Shown here: one piece after another, positions 11,186 through 25,080 of the stretch | How the letters are laid out: the number at the start of each line of letters is the position of its first letter | Position numbering within the stretch: the first letter of the stretch is position 1 | Source of the DNA: Carcharhinus longimanus | Lineage: Eukaryota | Reading direction: 5' to 3' | NCBI GenBank assembly: GCA_030264375.1 | Contig: JASCQW010000177.1 | Span: 5,952,202-6,016,201, forward strand | DNA length: 64,000 nucleotides | Notes under the pieces: model-generated | The model's database searches: none | The model's input: the letters and a program-made list of their open reading frames with translations, nothing else | Told to the model about the DNA's origin: nothing | Position numbers and translations under genes: made by a program

Positions 11186-13939
11186 CTGCAAACAGCATCA
11201 CACAACAAGATTTGGACCAAACACTTTGGTACCGGTACACAGGTACAACACAGTGAATAAAATTACTCTAGTTTGGCACGTGGGATCAGATGCAAGGTTT
11301 CTGCAAATTTAAAAAGAAAAAAGAAAGAAAGCAGCTGTAGGAAAACAAAAACCCATTCACAGTTTGTGACTGCTCTTGAAGGCCATCAATCTGAAGAGAA
11401 TTTTAACAAATATTGGGAAGCATATGGATTTTGCAATAGCGAGGTCAGAGTCTTTTACTGACAGATTAAATCACTTCAGGGTAAAAATATAGGGCTCAAT
11501 TCATTGCTAGTGACCTCAGTTGTGCTGCTGTAAACAGCTGCGTAGGGAAAACCAGGCCAGAGGCTAGAGTAATCCCTGGTTGCGGCTTCCAATTAAATTA
11601 CAAAGGACAATATCAAATGTAAGCTATAGCCAGCAAAGGGGTTTCTCAAGGATTCTGGAACAGAAAAGAAAATTAAAACTATCTGCTCCTGCCACTTAAA
11701 ATATGAGACCAAGTAAACCATTTCATTTTAATAGCTTCCCCCCCACACACCCCACCCGATGGCAAGAGTATAGAAGACACAAAAGCCTCCACAGCCACCA
11801 TAAACCAGCTGTCACAAGGGCCAGCGAATTCCATGCTCTCCGAGGAAGTATTTAGTATTTCCCCACAGTGACACAGTTGATATTATGAACTCAGCACTGT
11901 GAGTGACAAAAGCCCCACCAAGTGGCATGACAGAAACTGTGATTCAGTACACCACCTGACTTTTTGTTGGGCATATTATTTTCCCTGCAGGCAATCACAA
12001 ATATCTTCACACACAAATGGTTTTGCACAAAGACAGGTTTAATATTAAATCATGACATCACTACTCTGCAATTAGCGAATTTTGCAAAATTACAATAAAA
12101 AATTCAATTTCACAGGAAGAGATAAATCAGGTTCAACATTAAAAAGGAAACAGTGTACCTCTGAAAACCAGCTGTTGCTTTGACCCCTGGTTAAGAAGCC
12201 CAATAATGTCATTGCTCCACCCGTGCATGCCCATACACAAGTGGAATATGATAGAACAGAGCAGATCATTTACCATGATCTGTAAATGATCACGCCCAGT
12301 GCAAAAAAAGTTCAAATCATCTCCTAGCAGGGTAAGAACACCACATACAACACAGAAGAACAAGATACAGAAGAACAGATCACCCAAATCATGTTGGTTT
12401 AGAACATAACAGAACCCATTCAGTTAGAGATGTAATGAGAGGCATTTTGTATTAGTAATCATGTTCACTGTCCCAACACCATTATTTTTGCACTAAACCC
12501 TGTAATATTAATCTACAAACCAATTAATGGTCTAGCTTATTTATATATGCTCAAATTCTCAAAAATGCATTTTTCTTTTTAACAGCATGGAGAGGCACAT
12601 TTCCTCAAGTACTGAGTGGTGCACAGAAAGTCCCTTACCCAACCCAACCCCATACATACAATCTCAAATGTGGTTATCAATGGCCTTTATGGCAAAATTC
12701 ACAATCATAGCCTGGAGTTGCAAGAACCGAGTTGTGTGTGTGGAATCTTAAATGTTTGAGTGTTTAAAAGTCGCCTTCAGGGCAGGAGAAAAATACTGTG
12801 GCCTGGGAGCTGGAAGGAACCCCAAACCACAATCACTAATAGACTCACAGATGTTCAATGATGTTGTCTGCCAAAAAAAAAGAGCATGTGAATTCCAAGC
12901 CCAGTCACACAGCCTCCGTCAAATCATTGGCATGGAAAACACCAAATTAACAAGCAGCTGGTCAGAGTTGCTCCATTTTCCCCCTACAGGGATACAATTT
13001 TTATTTTTAAGCACTTGTCATGTGGACAGTACATTTAATTTGGAAACGCACATGAACACTCAGTTAGAATCGAGGTGTGCAAGGCTGTTGACCCACAATT
13101 TTCCCATTTCTATTTATTTCTCATTTCACATAAATAAATAAACTACATATTTTGTGAAATTTTTCAGATGGTGACTTTGCTTCAGACAATGGCAAAAGAT
13201 GTAATATGGCATGACAGTTTCAAAGAGAAATGGGGGGAGAAAAGCGAAGGAAAAAGGTTGAGCATTTTGTTTGTTGATTTTATTTTAGTCAAGCTTATGA
13301 AAACCAAGCCTAATTCCACAATCCAATCCTAAAGAATGAGCTAATTTTGAAAGCAGCCATTGTGTACAGATGCTACACAATTTTATACAGCAGTCATCTC
13401 AGGCCCACAACTGCAAGAGTTGCGCTCTCACTGTTCACATGATTAACACTGACCAAGTGCCATGTACATGACTACGAATGGTGTGTATGCATTCCTGCCT
13501 TGACAAGATATTAGGCTGGCTGGGGCATCACCTCATGGTTCTGATTAATATGCAGCAGAAACCAATTCAACTACAATTGATCTGAATTTTTTTGCGGGGG
13601 GGGGGGTGGTTTAAAAGAAGTTGTTTCCCCTCAAATATATTCAATTACAATAATGTCCTATGCACTTAAGACCAACGGCAACACTGAATAGAAATCCAAG
13701 AGATTTGATAACCTCAATTATCTTCAACAATTTCCCCTACAAGTTCCAAGAAAAATCTACACAGTCAGCTAATGGTGCAGTGGCAGTAATGTGTTGGTAA
13801 GTGGGGACACAGACTTGGCTTTGCAGCTGTATCCACAGTGAGAATCCAACCATTACCAGGCATTCTGGATGGTGCAACACGAGTAGGCAAAGACGGGAAG
13901 AAAAAGTAACGTGAATAATCTTGGAACATTCATACGCTC

Positions 13940-14082
13940 CACAAAGGCAGGAGATTGATAGGTTATTTTGGACAAAAGAATCAAGGGATATGGAGATAGG
14001 ATTGGAAAGTGGAGTTAGATCAATCATGATCTAATTGAATGGCTCAAGGGACAGTATGGCCTACCCTGCTGTTTCTTATGTT
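13940..14082 (+). mobile_element. CR1 3' tail fragment
   Basis: aatcaagggatatgg...gatctaattgaatggc...tatggcctac...tcttatgttc. Confidence 0.7.
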
Positions 14083-15259
14083 CAACTTGGATCATAAAGA
14101 GAAGGGTTAAGTAATAAGACTGGGAACCACATGGAGTTGCATTCTACCATCACTGAAATTTGGGGTTTGATGCACCCTGGATGGATGGGCTTAAAGTCCC
14201 TCCTATCATTGCTCAAAACAAAATTAGTTTCTGTAGTTTTGACTCTCAGTTGATACAGGCCCACAAGAACAAAATTAGCTATAAATTGGTAATCTCAAAG
14301 AACACAAAGATAATACATGCAGATTCTGAAGCTGCAGAGGACTGATTTGAAAGTAAATAAGGAGAGTTTTACTCTTCATCTGGATACATACGAATTAGAA
14401 GAATTTGATGTTGACCCTAAGTTTTAACACAAAGGGTCCCATTCCTCTGCATAAGCATCTCCTTCCACATCAGCACAAAAATGTGAAATTTAATTTTAAA
14501 TTTTTATTCGTCAGACAAATTAAATCTTCGATTTCCTGACATGTTTATGGCCAGACAGCTGAAAACTTTTGGAAAACAAAATGGGATGCACCTTGCAGAG
14601 AGCAGCAGCAAGATTAAATTTGATTTTAGGCTGGTATTTGTCCAGAGGGAGTTTTTGAAATAGACTTTTACTGTAATTTCTCTGGACCTTTGGGCTCAAA
14701 ATTCATATAACTAGACGAAACTTTGGGCCAGTCACCTCTAACCTTCAATCAAACAGCACCAACATTTCCATAATTTGAGATTCATTAGTTGCTTGACAGC
14801 AATAACCAATTCTGCATTTGGCCATGTGCAATAACTTAATCTGATTTCCAGCACAGCCAAGTTTTTGGGCCAGAGGAAGCTTCCAATTCATTTCTGTGGG
14901 TCAACATCGTTTACTACCTATCCTAAGGTATCTACCTATCTTTTGTATTATAGTGCAATAAAATATGTGCAACTGCATAAGCTAAACACACCAAGTAACC
15001 TGGCCATAGAATGCTGCAAGTGAGATCGACAGAAATTAGTTTGTCTTATTTGAGACAAATGCTTGCTATGTTATGAAAGGTCAGCAGCTTCCCTCTGCAT
15101 TTGTGTTGATATTTGATGCTGCATTTTTCAACTAGTTAATCTAGTTTGAATATTTGGCAAGCGCTGCTCCAAATTTCCACATAAAAGATTAGTAAAGCAT
15201 CTCAACACTACCAAATAAGCAAGCATGTAGTCAGAGTGCACATTTCTCTGCATCAATAT

Positions 15260-16010
15260 TACAAGCCAATTGATTCATTTTGGTAGGAAGAACTCATGAC
15301 ATTACAGATATAAAGTAAAACATACAAATCTAAAGGGGGGGGGAAATAAAGAGCAGAAGGGCAGGCATGCATGTGCATAAATCATTGAAGGTGGCAGGAC
15401 AGCCTGAGAGCAATTTATAAAGTAAAACCCCCGTCTTGGGTTTTATCAATAGGGAGATGAGTACAAAAGCAAAAAAAGTTATGAAATATTGGTCTGACTT
15501 CAACTGAATATTGCATCCAGGTCAGGGTATGACAATTTAGGAGGAAGGATGTGAAGACATTAAAAAGGTGCATTAAAAATTCACAAAAAAGGCTGCAGAG
15601 GCTGAGGACCTTCCGTTACGTAGAAAGACTGAAGATATTGGGATGTTCTTGGAAAAGTGACAGTTGAAAGGAGATTAGATAGAGCCATTCAAAATCATGA
15701 GGGTCTGCAAAGACATAGATAGGGAGAAACTGCTCCCATTGAAATGGCTGAGTACAAAAGGACCCAGGATTTAAAATAATTGGAAAAAGAAGCAATGGCA
15801 ATATGAGGAAAAACTCTCATGCAGCAAGTGGTTAGGATCTGAAAGTCAAGACAGGGTCAACTAGGGCTTTCAAAAGGGAATAGGATCCTATGCAAAGGAA
15901 ACGTTGCCAAACTTTACTGTGTATGATAGACAGGAAATGGCATTAACTGAATTGTGCCTTCAGCAGGTGAGCAAAGGCATATGAGCTGAACATGCTACAG
16001 CCATTCTCAT
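15260..16010 (+). mobile_element. Decayed CR1 LINE 3' region
   Basis: Remnants of QLEYCIQ, KDVK.L, LKGD.IE.FKIMRG and VVRIW. Confidence 0.75.
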
Positions 16011-16179
16011 TCAATGAGCCATTTTCTTCCCACTCTTTCCCATGTCCTTCTATCCTCTGGATTTCTGAATTGCTGTCACCTTGCCTGTGCTAGTCAATGT
16101 CACCCTATTAGCCACCTATCCTAACTGCAACAGCTACTGTCTTACAGGGCCAATTTGCAAGCATTAGGAAATACGAAAT

Positions 16180-16900
16180 GCAAAACCTCACAGTACTTTA
16201 TTTTTCAAATTGTGTTAATTTATCAGACAGATTTTATACCTTTCCTACCACAAATGTTAAGCCCACTTGTTTATTGTTCCCAGGATTAGATACACCTCCC
16301 TTTTTGAAGATAGGAATTACACTTGTTACTCAGAAGTCCTCAATTCCTTTACCAATTGAATTTTTGTACGTCAATACCCTTATTTCAAATGTCAAGTTTG
16401 TATTTGAGCATCGGTGCTCTGGATGGGGAAAAATTTGCAAAACTGGGTTTAGATAGATATTAGATATTGGCATATCATTTAGGCCAGACTGTAAATCTTC
16501 ATGATACTGCCTTCATAGATTTTGACCATGTGTAGATGCAATCAATTTGAACACGACACTGGGATCTGAGGCTTGGGATGTATTTCTTATTTCTTCCGAT
16601 CTTAACTATCGTACTAGCCCTCTCAACTACTACCACATTTTCTTTATTTCCTTAACAGAAATTGTGGCAAAATCCCAGTCAAGCATCTTTATCCTTTCAC
16701 TATCACCTGCTGTGTATGTGTCTTGGAGGTCCTAAACTTAATTAACCTTCTGTTACTGATGTGCTGATACCTCACCCATTTCTTTTTGTAATTTTTTAAC
16801 ATTTTCATTTCACGTTCATTCTTTGTCTTCCTAAACTCATTCTTTATGTGCTTTGTGCATGCCTTCTTCATTAGGTTATCCAACTCCATAAATGCTCACC
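16180..16900 (-). mobile_element. Very old CR1-like fragment
   Basis: ccctttttgaagataggaattac (minus strand: VIPIFKKG) and Lys-rich helical remnants. Confidence 0.5.
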
Positions 16901-17186
16901 TAACCTCAATGACTAGTCAAATGACTCTTCCTATGTGTGGTACGCATGTGTCTGGAGTAGATGGTCCAGATATTCCCACCTTCCACTCCAGCTCAACAAC
17001 CTTCCAGTTGAATGACTTAAGTCACAAGCAACTTCATCAGCGTCTCATTAAACTCTCACATTCTGCAGTTTCAACAATGCCTGAGCTCCAATAATCTAAA
17101 TTTATGCATTTATTTACAGTAGAATCTATATTTCTAGAGACAACTCATTACTTTTTAAATGCTACATGATTAACAGATATTGTTTG

Positions 17187-17292
17187 CAATAAAAACCAAA
17201 GTGCTGGGGAAAATACTCAGCAGGTCTGGCAGTATCTGTGGAGAGTGAAACCGAGTTAACGTTTTAAATCCAATATAACTCTTCTTTGGAAG
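17187..17292 (-). mobile_element. Penelope-derived terminal repeat with an eroded hammerhead-like core, running into an N gap
   Basis: Minus strand ttccaaagaagagttatattggatttaaaacgttaactc...cagacctgctgagtatt...cagcac; related ends at 49128-49290 and 51805-51880. Confidence 0.65.
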
Positions 17293-18945
17293 NNNNNNNN
17301 NNNNNNNNNNNNNNNNNNNNNNNNNNNNNNNNNNNNNNNNNNNNNNNNNNNNNNNNNNNNNNNNNNNNNNNNNNNNNNNNNNNNNNNNNNNNNNNNNNNN
17401 NNNNNNNNNNNNNNNNNNNNNNNNNNNNNNNNNNNNNNNNNNNNNNNNNNNNTTAATTTCCAATTAATAATTAACTTATAGCTGACAGATAATTTCCCCC
17501 AATCCTTATTCATCAATTCCCATAAAAGTTGCCCCTTTATGTACTGAATAGTCAGATACGGTGCATGTAAGTAGTTGAACAAAGCCTTTCATCGCCCAAG
17601 CTCTGCTGCTCTTCCCTGTGTCAGCTAGAACAGTTTGCTAAATATTCCCCCATGTTGTTTTAAATCCTCTCCCTGGGCCTTTGCTTTTGGTGGATGGCAA
17701 TGAAGTAGACATGGGTAAGGAAGGCTGGGACTTCACAGTTAAGATGTTGGCAACTGATACATCAGCCAGTATTTTTAATTTGTGATAGCGCTGTATGCAA
17801 ATTTCTGGTTACAATTCACCAAGATATACCATACAGAATTACAAAAATCTTGAGAGGGGGAGCACGACCATTCTAGCTATCAGACCCACAATGGTGGTGG
17901 TGTTGCGGGGACGTGGGGAGCGAGCAATGATACATCTGGAAAGCAGAAGAACATTCACTGTGACATCTCCACTGTTGAGCAAACAGGAAATAGTCACTAG
18001 CTGCCACGCACAAGAACAACTCATTCTGGCAAGACATGGGGCAGTTGCCACAACGCTTTATTGCACCTACTGCTGCAGAGGATAGGGAGCCAAAGGAAAA
18101 CAAAATAAAGGATTTCTGAAACAATGAAGCAGCAACTTACAGCATTACAACATGCAGCAATGCTGCTCATGTTTCACCTTCATTACTGAACATAAAAGGT
18201 AATATTCTGGAGGGGTGGGGGTGGGTGGAGTACGCGCGGTATCATGTTTATTAAAAATGGAAGACTGCGCTCAATAGATTCAAACTGTCCACTGAAGAAG
18301 TAAACTCATCTAGTTATCAGTTACTATACACAAGGGATTGAAATTCAGTACAGAAAACTACACAGTCTGATACCACTGGCACTAATTTCTGACATGTTTC
18401 TTAACAAACCTCCATTAATCTTTGCTTAAATTACTTCCAACCATAAAATACAGTCAATCTTCTCCTCAGGCACACCTCTAGTGTTTTCTGCTTTTACTTC
18501 TGAGTTTACTGTTTTTACTACAGCATTCGCAAGTTTCTTATTTTAAGCTAATAACTAGTCACTGTTTCAACCAACCATTCTTGGCACAAAGATAGTGCAT
18601 TGACAACACAGAATGGCAGCGACATGGCTTAGGGCCAAAAAAGAAACTAGCATCCGAGAAACAAGNNNNNNNNNNNNNNNNNNNNNNNNNNNNNNNNNNN
18701 NNNNNNNNNNNNNNNNNNNNNNNNNNNNNNNNNNNNNNNNNNNNNNNNNNNNNNNNNNNCACCTTGCAGTCAGGAAATAGCATATGGCATGGTAAGTGGA
18801 GAACAGTTTTAGTAAAGAGAGGGAATGACTGATATATTAAGAATGGCTTGATTAGATTGTGCACATGAATCAATGTACAAATTTTTCGATCAATTTTATA
18901 TAGCGAGGTGACGATCAATTATTTTTTTTTAATCCGCGAGGGCTA

Positions 18946-19416
<471 letters not shown>

Positions 19417-20182
19417 TTAAGCTGAACAGTCAGAGACTGAGGAGGCAAATGAAGGGATTTTTAATGGGAGCCCCATTCCCTCCAAGAACCACCTTTATGC
19501 ATTATAAATTATAGTTATAAGTAGCCTCAAAATAGATTTTTCAGATGGAACCCCCTCCTCCCCCATTCAAAGTTCTCAACAGCAACCAGAGTCTGTATCC
19601 AACAGTCCTCATTTTCACTGCACTTCAGGAATTCAGATCTTCTCTGCATATTTAGAGCAGGTCTGGAAGTATGACAACCTGACTGTACCTAAACTAAGCA
19701 ATGACGATCACATTATTAGTAAGTGCAGCACTTCTTTGGTTACTTGTTGAATAACTGAGGGGGCAACAGGACAAAAGCTGGCCAAATTGCATTTGTCCTG
19801 CTTTGTGTGGACAGGAGATACCTGCCAATTTTCCACCTTAAGGCTAGGTCTAGAGCATATACTTCCTGAGCAACTGCCAGAATTCTTGTCAGGCCACACG
19901 GTCTTTCTAGTACTCACGTTTCTTGATCTCATGTGAAGTGCTACCCCCTTTTTAATTCCTGATGCATGTTTAGAGCACACCCCCAAATAGGTAGCATTCC
20001 TGTCTTTACATAAAGTTCTTCAATTCTGGCTGCCACCTTATAGGTATCAAAACTTACAGATACACTCACATGACTATACTTCCGTTGGCTGCACGTTGCT
20101 CAAGACACGTGCTGTTGTGAAGGATCCTATGTAAGTGAAAGTCCAATGGAATGTTAAGATACATCTAGAACATCCACACCCT

Positions 20183-20309
20183 TGGTGGGATTCTATGGCC
20201 TCGCTTGTCCTGAAACCATAAAATCCCACCCGAGATCAATGGACTTTCCCGTGGTCAACCCCTCCACTGCTCCGATTACCATAGTGGACGGGACGGTAAA
20301 ATTCCAGCC
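20183..20309 (-). mobile_element. ~125-bp MITE, copy 2
   Basis: Ends ggtgggattct...aaaattccagcc; homologous to 8331-8457. Confidence 0.7.
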
Positions 20310-21562
20310 TGAATCACACAACCCCAGCATCTAAACACTTGGAATCAGAGTTATTGCTTTTAACATGTGTTTAGTCTGAAGTTACAAGACCACTGAGCAA
20401 TCATTGACAGGTTGAAAAGCTTTCGTCCTCCAAGACAGACACTGAGTATGCGATCCATTCAATGACATTGATATGGCATCAAGTTGACAAACTCAGCTCC
20501 ACAATTTACGACCAAATAGAGTTGGAATTTAGAATGTGGTCCTCTAGTTGGTCTATCAGATTCATGAAGCATGTATCAACCACTTACTTTCCAGGAATTG
20601 GCAATGTAGACAAATTAAATAAACTGTTTTGTTTGCATACATCCAAGCCCCTCTTACCTTTACTTACATCTATCAATGAAGTTACTCGAGTCAGAACTGA
20701 TTACTTAACTGAAAGAGATGATTGCTATTCTCATGGGGTCTGCAAAGTTGTCAAAATAGGGGCAGAAAGAGAAAAGAACCTACCCATGTGTTTCATTCTT
20801 GGGCACTGCCTGGCCAAAATCGCCCTTGCTATCAGCAATAGCAAATAGGATCCATTGTGAATGTAGCTGTTTGGATCACGGCTGAATTCTGCATATCCAG
20901 GTGTCTCTACTGCAACATCTTCAGTTAACAATCCAACATAGGTATCAGGGTCAAACTGAGACCACACCAAGCACCTCTACCCCAAGGGTCTGAAAGTTTC
21001 CACTGGAGACATGATTCATCCTTTAATGGTGGCACCCACAAGCAACCAATGCCTCATGCGCACACCTGACTAGGAGGTAAAAGGATGAAAACCTCAACTG
21101 TTTCAGAACATGGAATGAATCGCAATTGATATTTTACTGCAGAAAGGCAACTGGTGTCAGGAACTTCCACACTGAGTTTAGTACCAGTTTCTTCCCTTGG
21201 AACAGCCATATGCATTGGAAAGCAGCAAAGTTGGCAGAATATGAACCAGAGTTCAGAACTCAAGTGATGCACTACCAGTTGGCCAAAGCAGACAGATTAT
21301 GGACTGAAAACTGTACATGTTAACAGGCTTCACAAAACCGTGAGTGGAGAGCATGTTTTCTACATCAATTAGCTCTCAAAGAACTTGCATTAAAAATTAA
21401 AAAGGACAATATCCATAAATACTGCTCTCCCCTTGAATGGGAATAATGCAATTTGTAGACCACTGAAGCAGAAAACTGTACAGTTGACAAAAGTTTGATT
21501 TTGAGTTAACCAATATTTAAAGTTTTTCCTAAATGTGTAACCGGTTAAGTGAACAGAATTAC

Positions 21563-21777
21563 CTGGTATTTGCATTGTTCTTCTTTGATTTTTTTGGCTG
21601 TTGCTCCTTAACTTTGCTCTTCTTCTTTTCCTCCACATCCTCTTTCTTTTTCTTTTCCTCCTTCTTGTCTTTTTCCTTCTCTTTCTTTTTCTCTTCTTTC
21701 TTGTCCTTTTCCTTTTTCTTTGGTTTTGACAGTTGTGGTTGGGAGAGGGCAGCCAGCTGCTCATGCACCGCTTTCAA
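21563..21777 (-). CDS. brd4: BRD4 exon 9: motif B and Lys/Glu-rich BID region
   Basis: ccacacag|TTG AAA GCG ... ACC AG|gtaatt; 215 nt, phase 0-2; [13 protein letters not shown]. Confidence 0.96.
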
Positions 21778-23370
21778 CTGTGTGGTACAAAATTATGCTC
21801 ATCAGACTTAATTACAGTTCCCTTGAACCAATGCCGAACCCAAGTGAAACAGTTTGCATGCACTTGCCATAACACAGCTGTTGTTTCACATTTATCTGCC
21901 GGGAATCGATGGGTACAAATACACACAAAGGTCAAGGGGGCCAAGAAATACTTTTTTTTAAAAAATAAAACAATTTGTACTCTGACATTATCAAGCATTG
22001 CAAAGGTCAGTTATGACACAGATCAAATGCAAAGCAGAGCACCTCCTACAATATTCTCTCATGCTCACAACCACACAGTACATTTCTGCAATGGCTTGGT
22101 CAAAAGAACTGCTCTAATATCATCTCCCTACCATAAGGCGTGTACAAGGGATACCATTTCCTCTTTGCATATTCAACATTTAATATGTGACAAAGCAAAA
22201 AATCCCGAATGTCTGCTATCATTTAATTCAACACTTTTCAGATAAGATAGCTAATCTTTGTAGTTCTCAGGAGTACTGCACTTATTCCGTTGGCTTCTCA
22301 GAATAAATGCCATCAAGTCATTCCATAAGCACCATTCAGCGCATCAATGTTAAAAACTACAATTTACTTACACAATTAGGGACTGTTGCTAAGCATTCTT
22401 ACCTGTTCTCTAGCTAAGACGGCCAGCCTCTAACATTGTATCTGGCTTTGCCCTTGACTGCCATAACTTGCCTTCATCCCATTGGACAAATAAAATTGAG
22501 GCCAAACATCCAAGTTAATAACTATTCTTAGGTGGACACATTCATGTGCTCCACTGGATTAGTACATATTCAAGATTAAATGTGGTCAACCATTGCTATC
22601 ACAAAAGATAGACTACAATTAAATGCCTCATCAAGTGGGATGGCACCAAAATGTCACCACCCACGTTGCAAAGTTTCAAGATGGATTTATTCATAAAGAG
22701 AAGCGTGGATGTGAGAATAAGCAGAGGATTTGACCTTTGAGTAAAATGCAATATTTTGTGTCCACAGTTTTAACCTTAAGTCACAAACACACAACTATCA
22801 GCTCAAGTCACTCATGATTAAAAACACTCGGCAGAAATTTAGTCTAAAAAGGGCAGCAGATTCAGAAAGTATCTCAACCAATCCAAAGGTAAAATCGTAC
22901 ATCAGTTTCTACACATTTCAAGATGACAATTATTGATAATTTGTTCTCCAGCAGAGTGGATAAAATCAAGGCTGCTTGAATTCTGAGCTCAAAGCAGTCC
23001 CTAAGATTGCAGTTTAGATTAGAAGAGAAGAAGAGGCCCAGGTGTATTACATTGTTCATGATGGATATCAACAATATCAATACTGGGGCATTGATAACCT
23101 GCATTGAATGCCACCACTTTGGACTCCAAATGATCTTACCAAGGCTAAAGAAACCGCCAAATTTTTAACCAATGAATTGCAGTGGGAAGTTCAGTCAATA
23201 TGGTGACTCAGCATAAAATTTAAAAATGCTTTCCATGTAAATTCAACCATTTTGTTTCCATTCAATTAATCTGATGTAATTGCAAGATGCTATGCACAAA
23301 ATTAGCCCACATGAAGTCGGCCATTATGCATAGAGATCGTCCTCTTAAAAAAAATTTTAAAGCAATATAT

Positions 23371-23656
23371 GGCGCGGCATAGCGACGAGCACTGTTGCCT
23401 CAGTGCCAGGGACCCGGGTTTGATTCCCAGCTTGGGTTAATGTCTATGTGGTGTTTGCATGTTCTCCCCTTGTCTGCATGTGTTTCCTTTGGTTTCCACC
23501 CACATTCTGAAAGATGCACTGATTAGGTGCACTGGCCATGCTAAATTCTCCTTCAGTGTACCCAAACAGGTGCCGAAGTGTGATGACTAGGGGATTTTCA
23601 CAGTAACTTCATTGCAGTGTTAACGTAAGCCTTACCTGTGAAACTAATAAATAAAC
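23371..23656 (+). mobile_element. tRNA-derived V-core SINE, second tail type
   Basis: Same head and core as the HE1-like SINE, but the tail is gggattttcacagtaacttcatt...ctaataaataaac; sister copy at 49293-49575. Confidence 0.85.
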
Positions 23657-24029
23657 TGCAACTATAACTTGTTTTCTGTGATTTTAAGGTATTTGAATGT
23701 CATTTAGATTAGCAACAAAAATTATTCAAGATTAGAGAATTTTGGCAGTATGAAAAGGACACAGCTACTTTATAGTGCAGGTAGGAAACTTTCTGAAGTG
23801 TTCCAAAACATTTCTACTATTCTGCCACCATGAGTTCAGCAAAGTTTTTCTGACCAATTGACCTCTGCTTAGTTGGAAGGGAGATTTCACAATTATTTGA
23901 GAGTCCAGTAGGATTGGATGCAATGAATCAAATCAGCTCCAAACTTCAATTCACCATCTAGCCCCACGTTCATTTTGTTTTCAACTACAATTTGATAATT
24001 ACACTTCTTGTCTCATTATAGCTTTTATC

Positions 24030-25080
24030 CATTGGGCAAATGGAACGGAATTCCAGGAGTGAGATGGAAGTGACTACTCTTGACACCGAGGCTGCATTTG
24101 GTGAGTGCAACATCAAAGAATCCCATCAAAATGGAAATCAGGGAGAAATCATTCCAATAACTGGAGTCATACTTTGCACAAAGGAAGATGGTTGTAGCTG
24201 TCATCATAGAGTCCCTCAGAGTGGTGTGCTGGGCTGCTTCATAAATTTCGTTCCAATGCAAGATCAGAAATAGGGCTGTTTGCTAATAATTTCAGTTTTA
24301 GTACCATTCAAAATTCCTTAGATGGAGGTACTGCATGCCTTACGTACAGCAAGATCTGGACAACATTCAGACTGGGGAGGAGTGGCAAGTGACATTCATG
24401 CCCCAAGTGCCAGACAACTAGCATTTCCAACAAGAGAGAATCTAACCATCTCCTCATGATGTTCAATGGCATTACAATGTTGAATCTCCACCAAACTCCT
24501 GGTATCACCACTGACCAGAAAGCTAACTAGACCACCCATATTAAATACTGCAGCTATAAGAGCAAGTCAGAGGATGGGAATTCATAAGAAACTCATTTCC
24601 TGACTCTCCAAAGTCTGTCCACCATCTGCAAGTCAGGAATGTAATGGAATACTCCACTTGTTAGATGAGCATAGCTCCAAAAACTAGAAGCATGACACCA
24701 AAGCAGAAAGTCACTTGATGGATATCCTAACTACCACAAACAGGGTCAGGAGCTGTATGATGTACAAGATGCTCTGCAGCAATTCTCCATGTCTTCTTCA
24801 AAAGCACTGTTCACCCCGTGACCTCTTCCATCTCAAAGGATAAGGGCAGTGTACGCACCGGAACACTATCACCTGTAAGTTCCCATGCCACACGTGATCC
24901 CAAGTTTGAACTATATAACTATATATTGTTTCTTCACCTGTCAATGGGTCAAAATCCTGGAACTTCCTCCCTAACAGCATGGTGAGAATACCTACACCAC
25001 ATGAACTGCTGTGGTTCAAGGTGACAGCTCATCACCACCTTTGGGATGGACATTACATGCTGGCTTTCGTAGCAACACGC
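24030..25080 (+). mobile_element. Decayed CR1/L2-group LINE 3' half (RT remnants)
   Basis: LD..AAF, VPQSGVLG and FA(N/D)(N/D) remnants, then a 3' region with aaaatcctggaacttcctccctaacagc...gtggttcaag...caccacc. Confidence 0.75.

Noticed and set aside
17010-17050. Minus-strand CTGATGA-AGTTG-CTTG-TGACT hammerhead-like motif
   Set aside because: It is followed by TAAG rather than GAAA, and I found no convincing stems I and III.
20462-21323. Cluster of 65-128 aa ORFs in intron 9
   Set aside because: No recognisable domain or splice pattern. Possibly a very old transposon, but I cannot support that.
21390-21764. 124-aa Arg/Lys-rich, protamine-like ORF
   Set aside because: It is a shifted frame of the purine-rich exon 9, with no independent support.
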